Shown in pieces: positions 1-9,536 of a stretch of 64,000 nucleotides of DNA. The stretch comes from Sedimentisphaerales bacterium. GTDB taxonomy: Bacteria > Planctomycetota > Phycisphaerae > Sedimentisphaerales > Anaerobacaceae. The stretch lies in NCBI GenBank assembly GCA_963708075.1, contig OY970194.1, positions 640,001 through 704,000 on the forward strand, in the 5' to 3' direction. The position numbers were made by a program, and so were the translations under genes. Under the pieces are notes generated by a model that worked only from the letters and a program-made list of their open reading frames with translations, searched no databases and was not told the DNA's origin. Positions within the stretch are counted from its first letter, which is position 1. Each line of letters begins with the position of its first letter.

Positions 1-629
1 CCGATCTTCCGATAGTACTCCTGAATCGTCTTCATCTCGACAAGATTCAGAAAGAGGTCCTTGTCCTTGCTGAGCGTCTCCAGCCCGGCGTCGTCGAGGT
101 CGCGAATGGGCCAGGTGGTGATATTCAGCTCGTACGGCTTCAAGTGGGGGCTTGGCGGCTCGGCCTCATCGCCGATCACCACGTCCTCAATGACGTCGTT
201 GGCCAGGATCTTCCTGGCGACGGTGTCGATCTGGCTGGCCTTGATGTCGCCCAGGAGGACGTACTTGCGGGCCGTACGCACCCCGGCCGGCGCGGCGCCC
301 ATATCCGCAATCGCCGCCATCACCGACTCGGCGACCGGGTCGGTGACGCCGCTCTTGAGGTGCACTTCGACCAGCGTTGCCTTGGCCAATCCCGGCGGCG
401 GGCCGCTTCGCCCGATGTGATATTCCTCACAGACGGGATCCGCCAGGAGTTCTTTTGCGACGCGCTCCGCAAAGCTCTGGTCGAAATCGGCTTCGATCAG
501 AAAGACCCTGGCCGACTGGACTACTTCGATGGAGGTGATGCCTAACTCGCGAATATCTTCCAGCACATTGTTGCCCTGTACATCCGGTACGCCGGGCCGG
601 CTGAAAACCTCAACACGCCATTGTCTCAC
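1..629 (-). CDS. purL: Phosphoribosylformylglycinamidine synthase PurL with N-terminal PurS-like domains (runs off window edge)
   Basis: Manual translation from GTG at 629 (GTGA overlap with tyrA stop): RQWRVEVFSRPGVPDVQG...LLADPVCEEY...VEVHLKSGVTDPVAES...LANDVIE...DLFLNLVEMKTIQEYYRK. Two PurS-like repeats are followed by the PurL linker. Not in the ORF track because it is truncated. Confidence 0.88.
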   Translation of the reverse strand, partial: MRQWRVEVFSRPGVPDVQGNNVLEDIRELGITSIEVVQSARVFLIEADFDQSFAERVAKELLADPVCEEYHIGRSGPPPGLAKATLVEVHLKSGVTDPVAESVMAAIADMGAAPAGVRTARKYVLLGDIKASQIDTVARKILANDVIEDVVIGDEAEPPSPHLKPYELNITTWPIRDLDDAGLETLSKDKDLFLNLVEMKTIQEYYRKI

Positions 630-1501
630 GAGAGTAGTTCCTTCCTTCGGATCTTGTACTTGACGAGTGCAGCTCGCTTCTCCTGGGCGGCCGCAAGCAG
701 CCGTTCGATTTCCTCTCTTGCATTGCTTCGGATGGCCTTCTGCAGTCTCTCCAACTCGGCAATAGTCCGCTCTATTCCGCTGGCGATATTCTCGCTGTTG
801 GCCATCAGCACGTCGGTCCAGACGGTGGGGGGGCCCGATGCAATCCGCGTGCTGTCGAGAAACCCCTTGCCGGCGAATTTCATGTCACCGTTATCGCTGG
901 CATTGACGAGCCCCGCAGCTAATACGTGGGGCACATGGCTGATGTTGGCGAAGATCCGATCGTGTTCTACCGGGTCCATGACCTGAATAGAGCAGCCGAG
1001 GGCCGACCAGAAGGCCTTGAGCGGTTTGACCGCAGCGCGATCCGTCGTTTGCGTGGTGGTCAGGATACAGCGTGCCTGGTAGAACAGGTCATCCCTGGCA
1101 AACTCCACCCCTTTCTGCTCGGAGCCGGCCACAGGATGCGAGCCTACGTAGCGGGCCCGTTTGTCCAGTTGACGCTCGGCCCACTGGTGCGGCATGACCT
1201 TTGTAGAGCCTACGTCGGTGACGATGCAGCGGGGGCAAACGTGCTTTGCGATCTCGGCGAAGTACCCCTCGAATGTGAAAATCGGGGTCGCCAGGATCAC
1301 CAGGTCGGCAGTGCCAACGGCGGCCGCCAGATCATCAGCGATCTCGGTCCCGACGCCCAGATCTCTGGCTTTGGCCCGGGTCGAGGCCCGGTGGCTGTAG
1401 CCGATCACTCGTACGCCGGGCAGCCGCTGCCGTGCCGCCAGCGCAATCGAACCGCCCAGCAAACCTAACCCGACGACAGAGATATTTCGTAACTGTTGCA
1501 T
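626..1501 (-). CDS. tyrA: Prephenate/arogenate dehydrogenase
   Basis: GLGLLGGS Rossmann motif, TDVGSTK, GSHPVAGSE, HD...SHVPH, TRIASG motifs. Confidence 0.93.
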   Translation of the reverse strand: MQQLRNISVVGLGLLGGSIALAARQRLPGVRVIGYSHRASTRAKARDLGVGTEIADDLAAAVGTADLVILATPIFTFEGYFAEIAKHVCPRCIVTDVGSTKVMPHQWAERQLDKRARYVGSHPVAGSEQKGVEFARDDLFYQARCILTTTQTTDRAAVKPLKAFWSALGCSIQVMDPVEHDRIFANISHVPHVLAAGLVNASDNGDMKFAGKGFLDSTRIASGPPTVWTDVLMANSENIASGIERTIAELERLQKAIRSNAREEIERLLAAAQEKRAALVKYKIRRKELLS

Positions 1502-1753
1502 TTACAAGGTCTTAGAGAGGAATATGGGCAATCAACCTGCCTGTTAAAGTAAGGCCCGAGCCCCTCGATGTCAATTTTTTTCTTGGATTTGCTGTGCTGA
1601 AATGGTAGCATCTGGCGATTGAAACGAGTGCCGATGGATACGGCGAAAGAGAGCCTGTCCCGCTTACCGCGTGGACAGTTTTTTTGTGAGCAGATAAGGG
1701 TCGATACGCAGGGTCCTGCGACATTCATTCGAACAGGATGATCCGACAGAGGT

Positions 1754-2821
1754 ATGGCGACCGAAGGCAACAGGCTGAACAATGGCGGCTATCTGGATTT
1801 CGAGCAGAAAGTAGCGCATCTGGAGCTGCAGATCGATGAACTCCGGGCGATAAGTGCCCGGAAGGGAATCGATTACTCTACGGAGATTCGCCGCATCGAG
1901 AAGGACCGGATCGCGGAACTGAAGCGTATCTACTCCAGCCTGACGGCCTGGCAGACGGTGCAAGTCGCTCGCCATCCCCAGAGACCTCTTCTTACAGATT
2001 ACCTGAACCTGATGGTGAAGGACTTTCGGGAACTGCACGGGGATCGCTGCTTCGGCGACGATCGCGCTATTCTCACCGGCATCGGCCAGATTGCCCGCAA
2101 CAGGGTGCTCATCATCGGGCAGAACAAGGGCAGGACCATCAAGGAGAAGGTGGCCTGCAACTTCGGTTGCCCGAATCCGGAGGGTTACCGCAAGGCACTG
2201 GCGAAGATGAAGTTCGCCGAGAAGTACGGCCTGCCCGTCGTAACGCTGATTGACACCCCCGGGGCCTATCCGGGCATCGGCGCCGAAGAACGCGGACAGG
2301 CCCAGGCGATCGCAGTCAATCTGGCGGAAATGTCGCGCCTGAGGGTGCCGATCCTGTGCATCTGTATTGGAGAGGGGGGCTCGGGCGGGGCGCTGGGCAT
2401 CGCTGTTGGGGATCGCCTGGCCATGCTGGAGTTCGCCTACTATTCCGTCATCTCCCCCGAGGGCTGCGCTGCCATTCTCTGGCGCGACGGCTCACAGGCC
2501 CCGGATGCGGCGGAGGCGCTCAAGCTGACCAGCAAAGACCTCCAGAAGCTCGGCCTTGTTGACGCTACTATCCCCGAACCTATCGGCGGCGCCCACCGCA
2601 ACGTGCACGATACCATCTACAATGTCGAAACGTATATTGCCAAGGCCCTGGCGGAACTGCAGCGAATGAGCATTGATGATCTGCTGGAGAGCCGGTATCG
2701 CAAGTGGCGCTCGGTTGGCGCCGGGTGCCTCACGAAGGGCCGTAAGAGTGTGAGTCAGCGAATCGCCAGTACAGGCCGGCCTGGAGCCTCTCGCCGCAGC
2801 TCTTCCGTGGCAAAGGTGTAA
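1754..2821 (+). CDS. accA: Acetyl-CoA carboxylase carboxyltransferase alpha subunit
   Basis: ARHPQRP, ELHGDR, PEGYRKA, IDTPGAYPG, GEGGSGGALG, YSVISPEGCAAILW, PEPIGGAHR. Confidence 0.96.
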   Translation: MATEGNRLNNGGYLDFEQKVAHLELQIDELRAISARKGIDYSTEIRRIEKDRIAELKRIYSSLTAWQTVQVARHPQRPLLTDYLNLMVKDFRELHGDRCFGDDRAILTGIGQIARNRVLIIGQNKGRTIKEKVACNFGCPNPEGYRKALAKMKFAEKYGLPVVTLIDTPGAYPGIGAEERGQAQAIAVNLAEMSRLRVPILCICIGEGGSGGALGIAVGDRLAMLEFAYYSVISPEGCAAILWRDGSQAPDAAEALKLTSKDLQKLGLVDATIPEPIGGAHRNVHDTIYNVETYIAKALAELQRMSIDDLLESRYRKWRSVGAGCLTKGRKSVSQRIASTGRPGASRRSSSVAKV

Positions 2822-3053
2822 GTCCCTGTCAATTGCATAGTTGCGCGCGTTTGCTTCATTTCTGTACACCCCATGGAGCTTTCAATCGTGGAAAATGCTT
2901 GACCTGCGGCGGGGGGGTGCTGTATCCTGCCCAGTGGCCGAAGGAGATACCAGAACGAGGGTGCTGGTTTGCCTTGAGCCGGCCGGTTCGGAAACCGGCG
3001 AATGATTCGTCAGGTCATGGTTTGGCTCGGCCAAATCGGAAAGGAGGAGCGGA

Positions 3054-3611
3054 ATGATGAAGGGTAAAGGTACGGCCGGATGGATGGTGGTGGTGAGCGG
3101 TTTCCTGCTTCTCGGCGGCTGCGGTGGAGCGGGCAGCAGCAAGACCGACCTCAACAGCCAGGTCCAGCAACTCAAGACCTCCCTCGATGCGACGAAGAAC
3201 GAGCGAGACCTTCTCCAGCAGGACGTAACGAAACTCAAGCAGGAGCTTGATAAGACGGATTCGGCGCTGGCCGATTCGACGCAGACCAATACCAAGCTCC
3301 AAGGGCAGCTTCAAGACCTTACGAAATCCCGGGACGAGCTGTCGGCGAAGGTCGAGGAGCTTGGCACCGCCCGAAGCGATCTACAGAAGCGAGTGGACGA
3401 ATTGACGACGTCGTGCGGCACACTGGAGAAACAGGTTACGGCCCTGACGAAGGCACGTGATGCGGCTCGCGCAGATGCGGCCACCGCCCAGACCAGGATC
3501 GACCAGCTCACCGAGAAACTCAAGAGCCAGACGCAGCAGATGGTCGAGTTGCAGGACCAGATGGCGTCCATCCGTTCGGTGTTGCAGCAGCTTCAGCAGA
3601 AGCTTGAATAG
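3054..3611 (+). CDS. Coiled-coil lipoprotein, unknown function
   Basis: RBS AGGAGG; lipobox LLLGGC; the rest is an uninterrupted heptad-rich helix. Confidence 0.75.
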   Translation: MMKGKGTAGWMVVVSGFLLLGGCGGAGSSKTDLNSQVQQLKTSLDATKNERDLLQQDVTKLKQELDKTDSALADSTQTNTKLQGQLQDLTKSRDELSAKVEELGTARSDLQKRVDELTTSCGTLEKQVTALTKARDAARADAATAQTRIDQLTEKLKSQTQQMVELQDQMASIRSVLQQLQQKLE

Positions 3612-3712
3612 ACTGACGTGCCTGTTCCACGAGGCGATTCCGGCTCGATCAGGTCGCACGCAGGCTCTTCACGGGAATGACAGTGGGGGTCGTGGTATGG
3701 GGCTCTGAGGGC

Positions 3713-4180
3713 TTATCCGTTCTTCACTTCGCGCGGATCTCGCCCTTCCTCGATCGCTGTGATCTTATTGACGCGCCGTTGATGGCGTCCGCCGCTGAAT
3801 TCGGTGCTGATCCAGGCTTCCACGGTCTTGCGCAGCAGCACCTCTCCGATCTGGTCGCCTGAAAGGCACAGAATATTCGTATCGTTATGATCGCGCGCGA
3901 TCTTTGCGCTCAGCTCATCGTGGCACAAGGCAGCCCGAATCCCCTTGACTTTGTTGGCCGCGATGCTCATGCCCAACCCGGTGGCACAAATGAGAATCGC
4001 CCGGTCCACCTGCTTGGCGGAAACCGCCTTGGCAACCACAAACGCCAGGTCCGGGTAGTCCACGGGGCTTGTTCCGTCCGTCCCGAAGTCAACGCACTCA
4101 TGTCCCATCTGGACGATCAGGGCCTTGACCACCTGTTTCGCATCGAATCCTCGATGATCACTTCCGACTGCTACCTTCAT
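3713..4180 (-). CDS. rpiB: Ribose-5-phosphate isomerase B
   Basis: GSDHRG, VDYPD, ICATGLGMSIAANKVKGIRAA, HNDTN, FSGGRHQRR. Confidence 0.95.
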   Translation of the reverse strand: MKVAVGSDHRGFDAKQVVKALIVQMGHECVDFGTDGTSPVDYPDLAFVVAKAVSAKQVDRAILICATGLGMSIAANKVKGIRAALCHDELSAKIARDHNDTNILCLSGDQIGEVLLRKTVEAWISTEFSGGRHQRRVNKITAIEEGRDPREVKNG

Positions 4181-5294
4181 AATACCAGCTCACGAACTCT
4201 TGCTTTGACGGCGTCCTCAATGAGACTCGCACAATCGTCAAAATACTCCTGAGGCCGCCCGATTGGATCCGGGATCTCGTGATCCCCCGCCAGCAACGAA
4301 CACTTGCTCTCCGCTTCCGGCGAAAGAAAGATGGCATATTCACAATGGGAACGGGCCATGCCAAATATGCGATCGCTCGTTTCCACAAGCGACCGAGTTA
4401 ACCGCCGGCTCCTGTGGTCGGCGAGATCCACTCCTTTGGGTTCACACGCCAAGACGGCCTCGGTGCTGGCCGGCATGCCAGCCATATCCATCGTGCCTGC
4501 GGAAAACACCTTATACCCGAACTGGTCAAGCTCGTCAATGCCGCAGCCGATTTTTTCCGCGAGGTGCTTGCGGAAGAGCCCCTCGGCCATCGGGCTGCGA
4601 CAGGTGTTGCCCGTGCAGAGGAACAGGAAGACTACCTGCGACATAGCCTGCAACTGCTCCTGGGAATAGATGCCCTCGCGAAGCACCTCGACGCCCCGCG
4701 CCGACGGCAGCGACCGTGCTGCTCGTGCCGTACTTGCAGGGACCGCCGTCCAGAATCACATCGACGCGGTCAGACAGCTGGGAAACGACCTGATCGGCAT
4801 TGACGGCCGGTTCCTGTCCGGAGAGATTGGCGCTTGGGGCAACGGCCGGACCGTTCACTGATCGCAGCAGCAATGATGCCACGGGATGATCGGGGCAGCG
4901 AATCCCGATGGAGTTGTTCCTGTAGAGCACCTCAACGGCGTCGGTGTCGAGCCAGTTCTTCCTGTCCACTATATCCGACGGCTCCAGCGTGAACACGAGT
5001 GTCAAAGGCCCCGGCCATGCCTGCCGGGCGAGTTTCTCGGCGCAGACCGGTGTGGGGAACGTACCGGTGGTATTCCTCGACCTGTCCGATGTGCAGCGTG
5101 TAGTGCTTATCTGCGCCTCTGCCTTTGACCTCGTTGAGCCGTGCAAGTGAGTCTGATTTCGCACGGCAGGCAATCCCGTACACAGTCTCCGTAGGAAAAG
5201 CCACCAGGCCACCTGCATCAATAACAGTCGCCGCCTCCCTGATGCGGTCCAAATCTCCCGGCTGGCCATGGATTGTGATGATTTTGGCTGTCAT
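4177..5294 (-). CDS. tsaC: L-threonylcarbamoyladenylate synthase (TsaC/Sua5) fused to a YwlE-like low-MW phosphatase; two apparent frameshifts (~5040, ~4700)
   Basis: Frame 1: VAFPTETVYGI..KGR. Frame 2: WPGPLTLV, IGIRCPDHP, APSANLSG, DGGPC..GTSSTV. Frame 3: VLREG then CTGNTCRSPMAE...DPIG. The pieces join into one collinear protein. Confidence 0.8.
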
Positions 5295-5620
5295 AACCTC
5301 ACAATACACAAACTGGGGGGACGCTGCAAGTCAGTTAGAGATTTGGCGAGTATTCCGGTTGGCGAATCATTGGTTCGGTGGCGGTATGCAAGGCTGCTCA
5401 TGCGATTGACCGACCTCCTCCTGCGTCCGATATAACTGCCGGACGGTGCAGCTTTTCAGGCGAAGGGAGAAAATCAGCGGTCATAGGTGGGAATCGGCCC
5501 ATAAAAGCGAAGCGCATGCGTGTGCCACGGGAGGGGCTCGAAAAATCTCGGATGGGTGAGAATATTCCGGTCCCGCATGTTAAGCCACCCATCGTGTCCG
5601 TGCCGATACTCGCACTGCAT

Positions 5621-5671
5621 AGGAGATCGCAAAAGGAGATCGCAAAAGGAGATCGCAAAAGGAGATGCAAA
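5621..5671 (+). repeat. 13-bp tandem repeat AGGAGATCGCAAA x3 plus one degenerate copy
   Basis: Exact copies at 5621, 5634 and 5647; fourth copy AGGAGATGCAAA at 5660 contains the PilZ gene ATG. Confidence 0.95.
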
Positions 5672-5988
5672 CTATGGAGACAGTAGTAGAGCAACGCAGG
5701 GAACAACGGACGGATCTCGTGTGGCCGGTCAGTGTATGGCTGCCGGAAGCTGGACGCTTCTTCAATGGCCGCAGCGCCAACATCAGCAGGACTGGCGTCT
5801 TTATCACCGTTCCGATCACCATGCCCGTTCGGGCGGGCAGTATCGTGGAACTGAACTTCCCTCGAACCGATACGCTGGCCAGTGAGAAGGGGCAATACGC
5901 CCGCATTAAGAAAGGCCGTGTCGTTCGAGTGGACCGCCAGAGAACACTTCACGATGCCAGTATAGGATTGGGCATCGCGTTCGAATAG
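5665..5988 (+). CDS. Stand-alone PilZ domain protein (start may be the ATG at 5674)
   Basis: RREQR (RxxxR) and NISRTG ((D/N)xSxxG) motifs, C-terminal GRVVRV...GLGIAF. Confidence 0.85.
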   Translation: MQTMETVVEQRREQRTDLVWPVSVWLPEAGRFFNGRSANISRTGVFITVPITMPVRAGSIVELNFPRTDTLASEKGQYARIKKGRVVRVDRQRTLHDASIGLGIAFE

Positions 5989-6068
5989 CTCTCGCTCGGT
6001 CCCGACGGCTCCAGCCGTGATGGTCCGAGTGGGAACACAATGCTCGCACAGGGGCAATGAAAAAGCGC

Positions 6069-6104
6069 AAGGTTGACGGCCTCGGAAGGCCGTCAACCTT
6101 TGTC
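6069..6104. terminator. Probable bidirectional intrinsic terminator
   Basis: 14-bp perfect stem AAGGTTGACGGCCT-cgga-AGGCCGTCAACCTT between convergent genes, with an A-run upstream and T-rich sequence downstream. Confidence 0.8.
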
Positions 6105-6166
6105 ATTTCCGGGCCACACCGATCTTGCACAGGCACGCTCTGCGGTTCCACCACAGCCACAGTCGT

Positions 6167-6787
6167 TCACAACAACTCCACGCACACAGGCTCCTCGGGG
6201 ACCGGCTCCTCGCTGCCGGCGAGCTCGCGTCCCAGCCGGAAGGCTTCCGCCAGGGCCTCCGGACGCTTCAGTACCGCACCCTTTTCGTCCACCTGGCTGA
6301 CGAACAGGCTGCTTGCATGGCTCACTTCGAGGTAGTCGAAGAAGGATTCCGTCGGACGGCGCACGCAATCGAATTGCCGCTTGCTCCCGGACCCTCCTGC
6401 CGCGATGATCATCCCTCGCCGGTCGCGCTTCGGCTCGAAGAGAGGCTTGCCCAGCACGGTCTTCCGTATCCAGAGGCATTGGCCCCGGTCGATCAGGAGC
6501 TTGGCTTGTGCGCATACGGTCATGAAGAACACGGGCGTGGCAAAGATGAGCCGGTCTGCCGCGAGCAACTTCTGCTGGATCTGATTGTAGTCGTCGCTTA
6601 TCTCGCAGGAGCCGGTCGTGTAACAGGCGTAACATTCGCTGCATCCGTCAAGCTTGTAGTCGCAAAGCCGCAGGTATTCGGTCTCTGAGCCTGCATACTC
6701 GGCCCCGAGAAGGGCTCGCCGAAGCAGCAGGTCGGTGTTGCCGTTCGGTCGCGGGCTCGTGGAAATCCCGAGAGTTTTCAAGGCCAT
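6167..6787 (-). CDS. Iron-sulfur flavoprotein / NADPH-dependent FMN reductase family
   Basis: STSPRPNGNT, CSECYAC..TGSC..DD, ATPVFF..V.AQAKLLIDR. Confidence 0.88.
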   Translation of the reverse strand: MALKTLGISTSPRPNGNTDLLLRRALLGAEYAGSETEYLRLCDYKLDGCSECYACYTTGSCEISDDYNQIQQKLLAADRLIFATPVFFMTVCAQAKLLIDRGQCLWIRKTVLGKPLFEPKRDRRGMIIAAGGSGSKRQFDCVRRPTESFFDYLEVSHASSLFVSQVDEKGAVLKRPEALAEAFRLGRELAGSEEPVPEEPVCVELL

Positions 6788-6856
6788 GATGCTTCCCCCC
6801 TGACATAATATCTGAATAGCAGTTGCGCCACCATCTGCCGGAGGCAGGCGCACATC

Positions 6857-7093
6857 TCAGACTATAAATACCAGAAACAGCAGCAGGATGCCAAGGGCTG
6901 CCCCGCTGAGTGTAATACGCAGCCATCTGGTGTACCGTGCGTATCCCGGATGCTGATCCTCAGACTCATAATAGTAGTCGTCCAGTTCGGAGTCGTCCTG
7001 CGGGCGCAAACGGGCTCGCACGTAGACATGTGCGGCCACCGACAGCAGAAACAGAAGACCACCGGCTATATATAGAACCTTCAGCACGATCAT
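6857..7093 (-). CDS. Small two-TM membrane protein
   Basis: Two hydrophobic segments flanking an acidic DDSELDDYYYESED loop; GAGG RBS. Confidence 0.6.
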   Translation of the reverse strand: MIVLKVLYIAGGLLFLLSVAAHVYVRARLRPQDDSELDDYYYESEDQHPGYARYTRWLRITLSGAALGILLLFLVFIV

Positions 7094-7245
7094 ACGACCT
7101 CATGATAGACTCTTCTCGCTCCGGATGGAAGCCGGAATTGGCACGCGGGATTCAACCGTTGACGAGCGGACACAGGTCAATTACCTTAGGACGAGTGCAA
7201 ACGGCGACAGCCGCCGGCGAACTCCCTTCGAACAGGAAATGCAAG

Positions 7246-8286
7246 ATGAGAACGATTGATCTTCGCAGCGATACTGTAACACTTCCCTCGCCGCAGATGC
7301 GGGAGGCGATTCATCACGCCGAGCTTGGGGATGATGTCTTCGGTGAGGACCCCACGGTCAACAGGCTCGAGCAGATGGCCGCGGAGCGGTTTGGCAAGGA
7401 GGCGGCCCTGCTGGTGGTCAGCGGGACGATGGGCAACCTGGTTTCGATCCTGACGCACTGCGGCCGCGGTGACGAGATCATCCTTGGCGACCTCTGCCAC
7501 AGCTTCCTTTACGAGGCGGGTGGAGCGGCCGCGTTGGGCGGCATCCATCCCCGCACTGTCCCTAACCAGCCGGACGGAACCCTGCGCCTGCAGGACATCG
7601 AGGCGGCCATCCGGTCGGACAACGTCCACTTCCCGCGAACCCGCCTGATCTGCCTGGAGAACACGCACAACCGCTGCAGCGGGGCAGTCCTGACTCCCGA
7701 GTACATGACTCAGGTCGGCAATCTGGCGCGGCGTCGCGGCCTCGCCCTGCATCTCGACGGCGCACGCATCTTCCATGCCGCCGTCGCACTGGGCGTCGGC
7801 GTGAGGGAACTGACCCGCGATGCGGATTCGCTCAGTTTCTGTCTGTCCAAGGGTTTGGCTGCACCGGTCGGCTCCGTCATTTGCGGGTCCCGCGAGTTCA
7901 TCGCCGAGGCGCGTCGCACCCGCAAGATCCTAGGAGGCGGCATGCGCCAAGCCGGCATCATCGCCGCCGCGGGCATTGTCGCTCTGACCGAGATGATCGA
8001 CAGACTTCAAGAGGATCACGACAACGCCAGGCGATTGGCTGTGGGGGTCGTCGGCATCGAAGGCCTATCCATCGACCCCGCCCGCGTCCAGACGAATATC
8101 GTCTATTTCGACCTGCTTCGGGACAAGCCGTATGCCGACGAATTTGCGAAGGAAGCCACCCGCCGCGGGCTGAAGATTCTGAGCGTTGGCCCGAACCGCC
8201 TGCGAGCCGTCACGCATTATGGCATAGCGACCGGCGATATCGATGAAGCACTGTCGATCTTGGCGGATACGTGCCGGGCTACGTGA
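7246..8286 (+). CDS. ltaE: Low-specificity L-threonine aldolase
   Basis: IDLRSDTVT, GDDVFGEDPTV, SGTMGN, LENTHN, HLDGARIF, CLSKGL.APVGS, GGGMRQAG. Confidence 0.95.
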   Translation: MRTIDLRSDTVTLPSPQMREAIHHAELGDDVFGEDPTVNRLEQMAAERFGKEAALLVVSGTMGNLVSILTHCGRGDEIILGDLCHSFLYEAGGAAALGGIHPRTVPNQPDGTLRLQDIEAAIRSDNVHFPRTRLICLENTHNRCSGAVLTPEYMTQVGNLARRRGLALHLDGARIFHAAVALGVGVRELTRDADSLSFCLSKGLAAPVGSVICGSREFIAEARRTRKILGGGMRQAGIIAAAGIVALTEMIDRLQEDHDNARRLAVGVVGIEGLSIDPARVQTNIVYFDLLRDKPYADEFAKEATRRGLKILSVGPNRLRAVTHYGIATGDIDEALSILADTCRAT

Positions 8287-8337
8287 TCTCATTGAGTGAG
8301 TGGCATCGCAATAGAACACAGAGAGAGGAGTCATGCC

Positions 8338-9534
8338 ATGAAAGCATCTCGATGGATTGCCGTTTTGATCCCTTCCTTTGCAGCCATAGCGCTTGCAACC
8401 CACCTTCTTGGCGCAACTGATATGAGGCTTCCCGGCGCGGGGCGAGTGATTGACGCGTCCGGGTATCCGAGCCTCCAGGCGGCGATCGATGCACTGCCTG
8501 CAACCGGGGGCGTGGTTCGCCTGCCGCCCGGCACGTTTGAGATCGAGGAGCCTCTGAAGATCACCGTCGGCGACGTGCTCATCGAAGGGGCCGGGACGGC
8601 TACGCACATCAAAAACATCAATACCAGCGGCGCCAGTGCGATCATCGTGCAACATCCGAGCGGCGGGGGTGATCGTAAGGCCGAGCTGTGGCGCGTGCGG
8701 CTGGCGGATTTCCGGCTGACCGGCAACGAGAAGAGCGGCCACGGAATCGAGGCTCGCCGCATCAACGAGGTCTTCATTCAGGGCCTCACGGTCAGCTACC
8801 ATGGCGGCGACGGCATCCACCTGCATCATTGCTATGAAGACCCTCGCATCTGTGATTCCCTGATCACGTACAACAAGAAGAGCGGGCTCTACGCCGTCGG
8901 CTGCCATGATGTCGTGGTCGCGGCCAATCAGTTCGAAGAGAACCTCGACGCGGTCCGCTTTGTCGATGGGTTCAACCTGTGCATGACCGGCAACAACATC
9001 GACGATCACCTCCGCGACGGCGTCGTCATCGAGAACACCTACGGCTCCGTGGTCTCGGGCAACATGATCGAGGAGTGCAACGGCACAGCCATCGTCCTGG
9101 ATCGCAACTGCTACGGCATCACCCTCAGCGCCAACGTCATTGCGCACGAGGTGACCGGCGGCATCGACCTGCGGGGCGCTCACGGGTGCACCGTCAGTGC
9201 GAACACGTTCACGATCGTGCAGAGGGACGCCGTCCGCATCGGCCCCGACAGCGGGCGGATCGTCGTCTGCGGCAACAACTTCTCCGACAGCTACATCGGC
9301 GGAGGACAGATCGTGCGTGCGGCGAATGACAGGTCGGCTTCCGGACTGACCCTCGATGGCGCCGCGGACGTGGCCGTCGTCGGAAACCTGTTTTCCTCTC
9401 TCAGACCCAAGGCGTTTGCCGCGGACGGGAAGCAGAGTTCCCGCATCCTGTTTACAGACAATGTCCTCGTCGATGCGCCGGTGGATCGCGAGCGGCTGAA
9501 TCGCTCTATCACCGAAGGCAACTTGTCGGAGTGA
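8338..9534 (+). CDS. Secreted right-handed parallel beta-helix protein (pectin lyase-like fold)
   Basis: Signal peptide; LQAAIDALP..GGVVRLPPG start motif; repeated vsgNxi beta-helix turns. Confidence 0.82.
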   Translation: MKASRWIAVLIPSFAAIALATHLLGATDMRLPGAGRVIDASGYPSLQAAIDALPATGGVVRLPPGTFEIEEPLKITVGDVLIEGAGTATHIKNINTSGASAIIVQHPSGGGDRKAELWRVRLADFRLTGNEKSGHGIEARRINEVFIQGLTVSYHGGDGIHLHHCYEDPRICDSLITYNKKSGLYAVGCHDVVVAANQFEENLDAVRFVDGFNLCMTGNNIDDHLRDGVVIENTYGSVVSGNMIEECNGTAIVLDRNCYGITLSANVIAHEVTGGIDLRGAHGCTVSANTFTIVQRDAVRIGPDSGRIVVCGNNFSDSYIGGGQIVRAANDRSASGLTLDGAADVAVVGNLFSSLRPKAFAADGKQSSRILFTDNVLVDAPVDRERLNRSITEGNLSE

Positions 9535-9536
9535 AA

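Noticed and set aside
7139..7156. TTGGCACG as a sigma-54 -24 box upstream of ltaE
   Set aside because: There is no TTGC at the -12 position.
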